Source: Phoronis australis (Eukaryota > Animalia > Phoronida). From it: a stretch of 47,070 nt of DNA. Both the position numbers and the translations under genes were made by a program. The DNA lies in assembly GCA_002633005.1 (NCBI GenBank), contig NMRA01000259.1:296934-344003 (forward strand), read 5' to 3'. This document shows positions 23,201 to 35,200 of this stretch, in pieces (within the stretch, counting starts at the first letter, position 1; every line of letters starts with the position of its first letter). The notes below the pieces were generated by a model. It searched no databases. It was not told the DNA's origin and saw only the letters and a program-made list of their open reading frames with translations.

Positions 23201-26200
23201 GCAACTATACTACAATCATATGAATGACTTCACAATCTAACATGTTACCAAGTAGCGATTAAAAAACTGTCCTTCAGAATACCATATTTCGCCAACAAAA
23301 AGATTGTGCTACCCTCAAAATTTTGTCGTCCCGCGACCACCACACTGAAAGAGTAGGCTTGACTGTAACGCAAAAATTCATTCGCATGATAGCTATCACG
23401 AAGCAAGTTTGGAACTGTGTACTCTTGAAAGTCGTCACGTGTTGCACGTGTTGCACGTGTTGCTTTCAAGGTACCCCATGTACCCAATACGAGTGCACTG
23501 AATATTTAAACTGCTACTTTCGATGATTTGTCAAGGTTGCGTTTATGCGTCGTAGACTATCTGTCTTTGAGATGCCTGCTAGCATTTGATACAGATTGTC
23601 GTAGTGTATTTTGTATGGAAAAATACAAATTATCCAGCTTAAGTTGAATTTTGAAACGTTTTTCCATACGCCAAAATTGATCTTTCGCATCTTTTATAGA
23701 CAACGCTTCAACCCTAGTCTTTAGGCACTTTGTACGCATATTTAAAAGCTCAACTTGTACACCAGTCCATGGTTTCGAGTTGAGCATGTTGTGTGCGCAA
23801 GAGTGTGGTTGAGAACTAATTTGAAGTAGAGTGAACTAGCCGATTTTACAATTTGCATGGGGATTCCTCACTAAAAGGCAGATTTCATTTAAAATACCAG
23901 GTAAATGGTGAAAACAGCACTTGATAATAAAAAACATCCTATTGGACTTCCTATAGGATTTCCTATTGAAAATCCTATTGGACTTCCTATAGGATTTCCT
24001 ATTGGACATCCTATAGGATCCTATTGGACTTCCTATAACTGGTCACAGCCAGTAGGAATCCCTATGTTGTGTCAGTTTAATCGTTACGCAACCCGTTTCT
24101 AATAAAAGTAGTGCGGATTAGGCATTTACAATGCACGCTTCAAGTTGAGCATCACTGGCAAATAGAAACATCTCTCCTATTTTATTGCTGAAGTCGCTGT
24201 GAAGTTCTGGCAAGCAACAGCCAGACAGCGAGCAAAATTAGACCGCAGTACCAGGCACTGATATTCAACACAGATTTAGGTTCAGGCGCCTGTTAGTTGA
24301 ACTACCGAACTTAATATAATAATTTAATGTTTCAGGTATAAATTTGGAAGCACAGAACAACCAGTCGTCATCTACGGAATTCGTCATAATCGGCATGGCG
24401 ATAGTGGCGTTATGCGGCACTGTTTTTTCTTGTATTGTGATTTTCAAAAAGGTAAGAGAGGCCTATGGTGCACTACTAGAGATGGTGATTCCGGCTGAAA
24501 ATGATAATTTACAATTAAAGCGACCTAAGAAATTGTGATTTGTCAAACAATTCGCAAGTACGGTGGCCCAAAGATTCATGTACGGTGTCCTAAAGATGAC
24601 ATCTGGTTTTTCTTTTTTATTATCTCAGGATCTCGAGATCCCGGTATAATTACATGTATCTCAGTGTCTCGAGATCCCGACTTAAAATTATCTCGCCTCG
24701 GAATGTTCCAGGCATAGCCTCGTTATCATGTTCTGTTTACGTAGGACGACACACTGAAGAAAATTGTCTCGAGATACTGATGTAATTAAAAAAGAAACGC
24801 GCGATGTCATCTTTGGGCCACGGTACTTGTCATGGATGTACGACGAATACTTCGAGGCCTGTAACGCGAAACTTTGTAGAAATACATATCGGTTTTCTTT
24901 TGAAATTGGAAACCAAAAGAAAAATGCTGTAATACAACGGAAATTCTAAATCTTTATGAACAAACCGTTAAATACCTGGTGAACAGTTTGACTTTTGTTT
25001 CAGTGGCAGAAAATCGTTTTGAATAATACGATTTAGTTTTCACGTTCTATTTCACTTTAAGTACGTAACCAGTTACTGTGACAATGTCCTGCCATCATTC
25101 ATCTGCTCATCGTGTCTTCTTGAATTTGTTGCCTGGAAATGTTGTCTTACGGGAAACCAATTACAGGAATACGATCGGTTTTGTGGCCGAAAAACTGGAT
25201 AGCCTTCTTTAAGTGATAAGCTTTGAACAGATCATTAAAACATCAAAGACTATAGGGTTCGTGATTTTACTACGCATCGCTAACTTTCGCCATTGTCTGT
25301 TAGCGTTTGGTGAAATCAAGGCCGGTGACTTCACCAGTTAAATGCTCTGCCATTCATGCTTTGGGGTTTAGTTAACACAACAGAGTGTTGGAATACAAAC
25401 TTAGGCCCATAATGTCACTTAAAATGATTTCCGAGATCAGCCACAACGCAAAATTGGACCCACAACCTCGGGGCCACAGTCCTACACTCTGCTGGCTGGA
25501 GGTAGGGGCGGATCCACAGTTAAGGAGGGCCAAGACGGAATATTCGCCACAATTTTGCCCGTCAGACGTTCGCACCCCCGAACTGCCGAATGGAATTTGG
25601 AAAATTTTTAGGGGGGACATGGCCCCCCTCTAAATCCTCCACTGGGAGGAACCCTAGCCAATGATTAAATGGCAGAACATGTTTTATTGGAGAAGTCATC
25701 GGCCTTAATTTCACCAAAAGGCTGACAGGCAACGGCGAGAATTGGCGATATGTAATAAAATCACAACGAAACCTTCAAAAAGTCTATCCCTTCCATTTTT
25801 AGGCCATAAAACCGACAATGTCACAAAACGAGGATATTTGGGCACTGCCAGTTATGGAAATCCAAGCTCACGTTGGCGGTTTCAGCTTTCATTTGTTAGC
25901 GCCATTGGCGAACACGTAACTTGAAGGCACTTCCGATTCCCAAGCCAAGGAACGTTCAAAAGTTGTCCCTAATGTCACCCCGACAACAATTTACCTATAT
26001 TTGTACACTTCCGCAGTAAATAAGGCCAAACGAACTTTTATTTATTGGTATACTTAATTCAGATTCTGGCAGAACCCGGCAGTGGAGTCCGTTTCTGTTT
26101 TTGTCTTGACGACGTATTTAAGTGGGGTAGTTGAAATAAATATCACAATCAGAAATGATCCCACAGAAGCTGCGACCATTTCAGGGATAAAACACCACAC

Positions 26201-29200
26201 ACGACTAACACGTCTTTACCTAGTTGACATTTTCCTTTTGGACCAATCATGAGAATCTGATATCCTGAAGAAAATGCCCAGCTAAAAAGAGTGAACTCAT
26301 AATTTAATGTTGTTGTCAGTTTGTATATAAGTTCAGTTACTATAATTTTTGATATGGCTGCACTATATTGGATTTTGAAGTGACTAATTAGGTTCACATG
26401 GAATGTATAAATAACAACGTATAGGGATAAAATCAAAATTTTAGAACTGGAGCATTGCAGACAGTAGGGTGGTCCTGAATTACACAACGGCACTCGAATC
26501 TCGCACTATTTACACATAATGACCCAATATCCGTCAAGCACCTTTGAACCCTTACGTATTCGCGCCATAGGAGTTCCACAAGTTCTTTGTTGATGTATTT
26601 TTTACAAGTTTTTCTCGGCTGCGTTACTCCCAATGTCAACGGCGTATTATACTGCTGCGCTGTGGGCTGCAACTCCGACAGGGGAAAGTTGGATGAACTT
26701 GACAAATATCCGTGGATGAGTGGTGTTAAGTTAGTCGTCTTCCTGACATCAATCAAAGACAAGAACATTCGGGGCGAGTGAATAAAGTAAATTCGTTGGG
26801 TCTAGTTTGAACTCTTTCAATTCCAGTACTTTTAAACGGTTGAAATTGGGAACATTTCCACGGCCATACACCTTGACGGTTTTCGACACTAACCTGTGAA
26901 AACGTGCCTGACATTCCAAAGTATAGGTCAATGAAAACGAGGAGAATTCTATCGCTGTGTAGTCCGGGACGGTCCTACTGCAATTCTATCACTTGTTAAC
27001 GCATGCGGGTTTTAAACGTGAACGCGTTAACCGGGGTCTGTGTGTCTTTAAACTGGGGCATTTTTTTAAGAGTAACCAATTTATTTAGACATACACAAAA
27101 GTATATTACTATAAAATTCAGCACAGAAATCTGCAGTTAGCATCAACGGTTATATCCGGGCTTTAGACAATGAACACACAATAGTAAACAGGAATAGTAA
27201 ACTGTAATCATCATTTACAAGAACAAGAGAAAAGAGAAAAGTGAAAAGCGGCACTGACTTACAACACATCAATTCAACAGAAGACTATTATAAACAAATG
27301 ATGCGACAAGACTGAACAGCATCAGATTAGTTTCCACACTGAATTTACTTGAACCATTAACATTAGCATTAACTGGCGTTCAAGTCGATTGTGTCTGGGC
27401 CATAGAGCTATGGCACTTTGCAATGCACCGGCTCTAAACTTTTGTTGACTTTGTCAGACTGAGATTCTGATGGGCCACTCGCTGTAATTAGTTGTTCTTT
27501 ATTTCCCAAATCGGTCGCTGAATTCATAATCTAATAGCCCTGTTAAAATCAAGGATAGTGACGTAATGACGATGGCTTCTCATGTTTGGTGCATAAAAGG
27601 TAACTCGTGCTAAACAGATTGAAACAGTTTTAGTCCTCTGCCGTGATTTATCTCTGAAACTGTCGTGTCAAGAATCAGTCTGCTCATACAGTCGACGAGA
27701 CGGTTTTAATAGGCAAATCAAACACGTGAATAGTTTAAGTATTATGATTGTAGTAATATGTCACCGCCAGGATCCTTATAAGGTGACCCTACTCAACCCA
27801 GCTTTTTGTTGTTTGCTCTGTGTTCTTGTGTTGGCGTAATACGCCGCAAAAGTCTTTTTCATGCATCATTTGACGTGACTGACCTTGGGATCTAATATGG
27901 TTATTTTGATAAAGTGTTGGTGGACTGGATAGCTCAAAACATCTAAAACAACGCGACGAAAATTTTGTAAAATAAAAATGTGTACATCATATTTCAGACG
28001 AGAACGTCATACACAAGAATGAACTTGGAAAAACAAGGTATTTTACTTCATTGCATAAACATCTTTTGACACCATTATTATGTACCAATATACGTTGTGT
28101 TCAGTTGACAGACAGTAAATGGGTTACCATAACAGACGTCAATGAATCAAACGTTTGGTGTCTTACAACTATGGTGGGCCGCTGAGGGGAAAGTGTCGCC
28201 GTATAATTACGCTCGTAAATTAAATGGGGAAAAGTTTCGCCGTAAAATTACGCTCGTAATTACGAGCGTAAGTTAAATTGCAAAAGTGTTGCATTAAAAT
28301 TACGCACGTAAATTAAAAGGCGGAAATGTCGCCGTAAATTACGCTCGTAAAATACCTTAAGAACGTTTCAAATTTAAACCAATCAGTGATGACTTAACAT
28401 ACACGACTGTTGCTGGGCAGCTCGTTCTTGCACAATCGTTGACATGGCAGCAGCGATTTGATCCGCCATGACTCAGCGCTCGTATCGTAGACATGAAATC
28501 CGTCAGTAAATAAGTATTGCAACGAGCGCGCACGATCGTGGATTGTAAAACCCAACGTCATTGGCTAAGAGTTTAAACTAAATTACGAGCGTAATTTTAC
28601 GCCGTAAAGAATTGAATTACGCTCGTAATTTTACGGCGTAATTAACGGCGTAAATAACGGCGTAATGTACATAATTACGCTCGTATTTTTCCGACGACAC
28701 TTTCCCCCCAACGGCTCATCATATACAACATCCTTTTTGCACCCCTCTAGCATACTGTTTGCTGGATGCATGGTTCCCAGACATTGGTGTAACAAAGGAA
28801 GACGCAAGCGGGAGAGTTCCGGTTCCCATGATTTTGAAATGTCAATTTTTCCACCGCACCGTAAAATAAAAGTTTTTATTTTAGCTTCAGAACCACAATA
28901 CATCCACTGGCTTGTAGTTTTCTGGTGTCCACCAGTCTGATATTATTCTGATTGAACCATGAACTTGGAGATAGCTTGGAAATTTACCAAATATAGTAAA
29001 TAGTTTTTACAATGGATGACTTTCCTTTCACGGAACCAACATTGTTCAAAATATGTGAGAAGTTTAATTTTTGATAGCTGTTTGAAAGCAAAATGCAACC
29101 ACGATGACAAAAATTCATTGCAAAACACGACGTTTCGCTTTATTAGCTTTTATATATTTTTTACGTTTATAAATGAAACATGGCCGTGTTCAGATACGAA

Positions 29201-32200
29201 TTCAGTTGAAGGACACAGGACAAAAGAATACACTGCTACGGTCACTGACAGACCTGTCATTTTAAAAACAAAATACGATACAGGTGAGCCTGAATGACAT
29301 TGATTTTAAGCCCACTGATTGCTATAGGTATTGATGATTTCGTATCTTTTTGATCTCATACAAATCAGAAGATGGAAGTCTTGCTGCTCCGACAGAAGGG
29401 TACACTGAATTCGAAGATTCCATTTTCATGTCACCAATTGACATAGCTCCTTCTCTACTACTGGACCAAGGTATTTTACACCTATTAAAATCAAGATGTA
29501 TTTCCAGTCCTTAATAACTCAAGCGGAAAATACAGCTTGTAACTCTTGCAAATGAGTCCAAATTGAATAACAGATTTACTTTTAAGAATCGTTCCATTTC
29601 CAATTTTAAAAGTTGTGAACTTTGTCAAAAAAAAAACTGAAAAGTACAACAGCCACTTAGGAAAATATTGATAATTGGAAACTTTGCATGATTCACATTG
29701 GTGAATTTACAACACACCAGTATTGTCCAGCTTTCTGTTTAAGGTTATATGGACGATCCCTACATTATCAAAGTTGAAGACATTACTAGCCAATCAACGG
29801 ACGGCACTAGGTCTAGGAGTCTACAGAATAAGAAACGACATGCAGATCGTGTGCTGGGTGTTTTTCCTACTGCGCAAGACTTGCAGATTTTTAAAAAATG
29901 CGATGGATCATATAGTTTCAGTGCTCGGAAAAGAACTAAGTCACTGGAAGAATTTTCGGAGCCAATCTACAAAGGTTTTTCGTCATCTAACCACTCGCAT
30001 ACTATCTGTAGATCTCTGAATAAAATGTCCAACGTCAGAGGCATAGAGAAACAACTACTGATTGGCCATTTTGGGGTTGACAAATACGTTGAGTTCCTGT
30101 CAACGGAAACCAAATTGAGTTCAATTCGCAGTTTTGACGTTAGCCTGGAACTCAACCCACAGTTAGAGCTAGGCAGGATCCTCCGCTGGCACCAGTCAAG
30201 TAAAAGGTCTGGAGTAAAATTTGCTGCAGCATTGGAATGTCACAATATCAACTTAAGTTTTGAGGAAACTGATTTGCATGAGGTTGAGAAGGTTAGGCAA
30301 GTAGTCGTAAAGGACACCAACCGTGCATGGGATATAGCTCTTCCCCCTGTCATTCCAAGTCAGGGGGAACAGATCTTTTGTCTTGACCTTGTCAAAGATT
30401 TAAAGTCTACAAATGTCAACGTATGCCCTGCGAATATAATAGAAAGAGACCTGCGTCGTTCAGAACAACTCAAACTTTGGGAAAGAGGGTCATCGGTGAA
30501 GAACCACAAAGTGTCGTGTTTTTACAGATACGATTCAAGTGGCGGTTGCCTTACAGTGTCTCCAAGCGCTGAGTTGAAGATACCACCCAAAGCCATTCCT
30601 GAAGGAGACGTATATGGAGTGAAGGGAACTCCGTTGGCAGCTGATGTTGTGGCTGACATCTCTGCTCTGCTTGACGTGGAAGGAGGCGAGCACATTGTTT
30701 CGCCTCCTATAGACTATGAAATTTGCGACAGCAAGCATTTTGCACGCCATTCGAAGTTGTCGCTAGAACATTGTTTAGTAGATCCTGCTGGGCTTGACAG
30801 CATCAAGGTATACTCCTGGTCACAGTTTGATCCCACCGTCTTGATTGAGGTGCCAAGACAGTCTAAAGACAACAATGTCTATCAAGACACGTACTTTGTT
30901 GTAGAAGAAGATGGAATAGTGTCCGTTTACACCATTCATTTCACGGTGTATGTAGTCACTGGTGGGAAATGTGAAACGTTACAAGTTTTGGCCAAACTCT
31001 TCAAGAAAATGGAAGAATCACAATACGCATACAACATATATCTTTACCTTTGCGCCGATCTGGCTACGACAAAACATTACCAAGCGGTGAGTATGGGCGT
31101 TTTCAATTGAAACGCTGTGGTGCGCTCTTTATGTAAGCGCTTTTTATACATTTGTTGCATACATGAAGTTGCACCAAAAGATTTTTGTGGAATGAATAAT
31201 TCTGTACTAACTTTATTTGCGCACAAATTATTTAGTGTCCAAAAGGAAACAATCCCAGCAGGTTTTTAGGGTTATGTTTTGTTTGTTTAGGATTTCGCAC
31301 GTGAGATAAAAGACGAGATGGGTCTTCAGTTGTGTGGAAGCAAAGTCGTTAAACTTCCAGACAACGTGTTCCCCAACACAAACTTTTACGTCGAATTAAC
31401 CGACGTAAATGATGGATGGGAACTGTGTGAGCTGATGGTGGACGATCAAAATGCATTCCCTTTGAAACAGGTAAAATGTTTGAACTGTCTTCGAAATTGA
31501 AACTTAAAAAATCTCAAGTTACAATGTGCCCTTTTCCCACTCAAGTACAGTGTGCACAGCACAATATGTTTCCTCTCAGATGAGCTTTGTTGGTACCGAT
31601 GTCGTTTCAAATCCTTAATGACTCAGATAATTAAATATTTTTGCCTATGTAGAAATTGCTTTTTATAACAGACACTCAAAGCTGACGACTTCATCATCAC
31701 GGGCACCCCTGCCAGGCCTTTCCTCGCTGCTGAGTGGATGATCAAGTCCAATAAGAGTACAAATACTCTCAGTCGCGGCGTCGTCATCCGACCGGTCGCA
31801 GGGAATCAACCTGTAGCTCAGACTGTATTATGGTTGAAATTGTATCCAGTTATATCACCAAGCAAAGTGAATGACGTCAGATCCTGGAAAGTAAGTTAGT
31901 GATTCACTTGCTTCACAGCTGTGACGTCTTTTAAAAGCATTGATTTATTAACTGGTGATTGTCAGTGGCAAGGGGGCCCAACATTTTGTCTGTAAACATT
32001 TGCGCAAAGCACGATTGTAGATGCGCATAGCACCGAATGGAGGGAGGTCGGGAGGGGGCAAACCCCCCTCCGGCCAGGAAAATTTTCAGTTTTTTCCTCT
32101 AAAAATCAAGCATTTTCCTTGATTGCTGAAGTATTATCGAAGAAAAAAGGCAAAGAAAGAAAAAAAAAACAAAAACGTAGAATGTGTCAAACTTGAAAAA

Positions 32201-35200
32201 CTGCAATAGACAGAGACTCGAACTCACGACCTGGCGGATTGAGCGCGCGTATTTACCACTGCACCACCACGATTATACTAGTACCCATAACTCTAATTTA
32301 AAGAGACCTACTTGTTTATGGTCCACAGCGTTTGCGCGCGAAACCTACTTCTTTTTGTAATGCTTATTACACTTTTTATATTTTGTGCAATCAGTTCGCA
32401 ACAAATTTGTTGTATTTAAAATAGTCTTCAATTGCCAAATCCGTATTTTGTATTGGCATTAATGACGCGATTGCTTTGGAAATCGTCTTAAGTTAAGGTT
32501 TGACAAAGAGAGAATTATGAGTTTCTGAGTGTTTCACTAAGGCTTCGATTAAAATTCACATCTTACTAGCAGCTTCTGATTTTTCATCGTCACTCAGATT
32601 CCATTTTCTTTAAAAAATGAAGTAATTTTCTTCGTTGCACAGTGAAGGAGACGATGGAAACGGAGTCGTAGTATGCAGCGCCACTACCGGTTGTCTAGGG
32701 TATCGCGAGAGAGCCTATAATTAGCCATAGTTTCGTTACGATTGCGCCGTGTTCCGAATTTGACCTTGGATCTGGCTGCTGTTCTATTTTAATCGAAGCC
32801 TTAGCGAATCACTCAGAAACTCATAATTCTCTCTTTGTCAAACCTTAACTTAAGACGATTTCCAAAGCAATTGCGTCATTAATGCCAACACAAGAAAAAG
32901 AGTTTGGTCTTTTGGGCAATTGAAGAATATTTTAAATACGACAAAATTGTTACGAACGGATTGCACAAAATATATAAGTGTAATAAGCATTACAAAAAGA
33001 AGTAGGTTTCGCGCGCAAACGCTGTGGACCATAAACAAGTAGGTCTCATAGAATCAACATAGGCCTGCCAGTGCAATCGTGGTGGTGCAGCGGTAAAGCG
33101 AGCGTGTATTATCCGCCAGGTCGTGAGTTCGAGTCTGTGGTAATCGCATCTTTTCAAGTTTGACACGTTATCCGTGTTTTTTTTTTGTCTTTTTTTCTTG
33201 GATAATACTTCAGAAATCAAGGAAAATGCTTGATTTTTAGAGCAAAAAACAAAAAAATTTTCCTGGCGGGAGGGAAGCAAACCCCCCTCCCGACCTCTCC
33301 CCATTCGGTGCTATGTGCATCTACAATCGTGCTTTGCACAAATGCTTACAGGCAAAGTGTTGCCCCCCCCCCTTTGTGATATCCTAGATCCGCCACTGTG
33401 TTGAGGAGACAGTTACAGAGATAACTATGACTGTTTTTAATCTGTTTGACAATCACAGAAAATTAGATGCCCTAAAATACCCAACTATCAGGAAGGAGTC
33501 CAAAATTCATTGTCATTACGTCAGTTTGCTAATCAATACCTACTATCGGGCTAGTGGATTTCGAATTTTAGTGACTGATTTGGCCTTTGCACCTGGGATA
33601 CGTAAGGAGCAATGAGTAACATCATGTAGCGCATTAGTATTTGGCAGGCCTAAAGACAAAAGGTGTAAAACCGGGAGATTGGAATCTGCCGTAACTCTAC
33701 AGGTCAGACAAGCAGCACGTTACACAAACTGACCGGCGCGCTAACATCTGGTACAACTGGAACCAATGATTAACGCGTTATCCATTACATACCTAAAGAC
33801 TTGTATAGATTAACGCGTGAACGAGTAAAACCCGAACGTAATAACAACTGACAAGCTTGGAATTCCATACCAGCCGCTTGTTCGCTTACAAATCCAAGAC
33901 AGGCGTCCGACATGAGAAATCATGGACCATAGAGTTTCAGTTACACCTTAAACACGAACCCGAACTTGTGAGGTCAGCATTCTTTGCTTACTTCGTCACA
34001 ACGTTGACCAACGTTTTTGCGTTTAGTCTACTCACACGGACGGAAACTACACGAAAAGTACTGATCTCACATTTATGCAAAACGTGGGTTTTAATTTCCC
34101 ATGTATTGTAAAAGATCGTTATATGTATTCAACTTTCTAATGTTTTCAGAAAGTGTGGCCATCAAAGAGATGGTGTAGCTCAGTCAATGTGCCTTACTCA
34201 GTTGTCCACTGGAACACAACGCACACGTGAGCGTGATCTTGCGACGTCTGGCAAATTGCACGTTCGCGTACGCGTTTAACGTGTAGTCGAAATTCTCTAA
34301 TGAATTTAAGTAGAACGCTGGAATTGCACCACGATTTGTGGGACAAGATTGTGAGAAGCAATTGGGGTGAATTTGGCATAGAATACATGATTCAGTCACT
34401 TTTGTGGTGTCACTTCTTAGACTTACCAAAGTTTCTTATGTTCGCATTGCAAAAATGAGTCCCAATTAAAAGTGAAGGTTCGTGAACTTATTTATTGACT
34501 ATTGCTCGCGCGGGCGCCGTTTTGGAATTAAACAAGCGCACGCTATCGTTCAATAGCGAGTTCTCACCTTGGGTGAGCACTCGCTCTAATGAACGCACTT
34601 CTGTTCTCACATAGTCTCTCAACCAATGCCTGCATGCTAATCTGTACATTTATTATGTCTCCCATACACGACACGCATGTACGCAAGGGTTCTTCAAGGG
34701 AAGGGGTGAGTAGGGATTTGTCGACAACTCGAGTAGGTATTTTGGCCCTCTCAGGTATTGGCTCTGGTAGGTAAAATGAGTCACGTCGTCGGGTCAGTAT
34801 TTTTTACCAAGAATTTGTCGTCATAAAAATTAATCTTCACAAAACCAACTACGAACCGCAAACGCCGAGGACGACGCCGAACACTTTCCGTCCGCCTGAA
34901 AACTGACTCCTTCTTTAAAAAGGACTTCGTGTTACGTCATCATATTCGTTCAAGAATTTTACGAAAGTAGTGTTTCACGCGACTTATTGCCTACCAAAAT
35001 AAAAGCTATTTAAGAGGTGTTGAGAGCGGAAGGTATTCGCAAAGTTGATGTCTCGGGTTGGTATTGGTATTGGTATTGTTTCTGGTAGGGTTTTTCATCA
35101 TTTGGTGGGTGTTTTGTCTTCTGCCAAGATATTGTGTTGGGCTGGATTTCTACGTCTCAGCGGTACAATCCTACCCATTTTTGGAGAGAACTCCCCCTCC

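Noticed and set aside
23905-24102. PIGLPIGF repeat ORF
   Set aside because: Translation of a 12-bp tandem repeat.
29941-30267. TRAF2-type SxEE motifs (SLEE, SFEE) in the receptor tail
   Set aside because: A four-residue consensus is too common to support without conservation data.
33078-33136. tRNA gene
   Set aside because: A/B boxes only; I could not build acceptor and anticodon stems, and it is part of a foldback arm.
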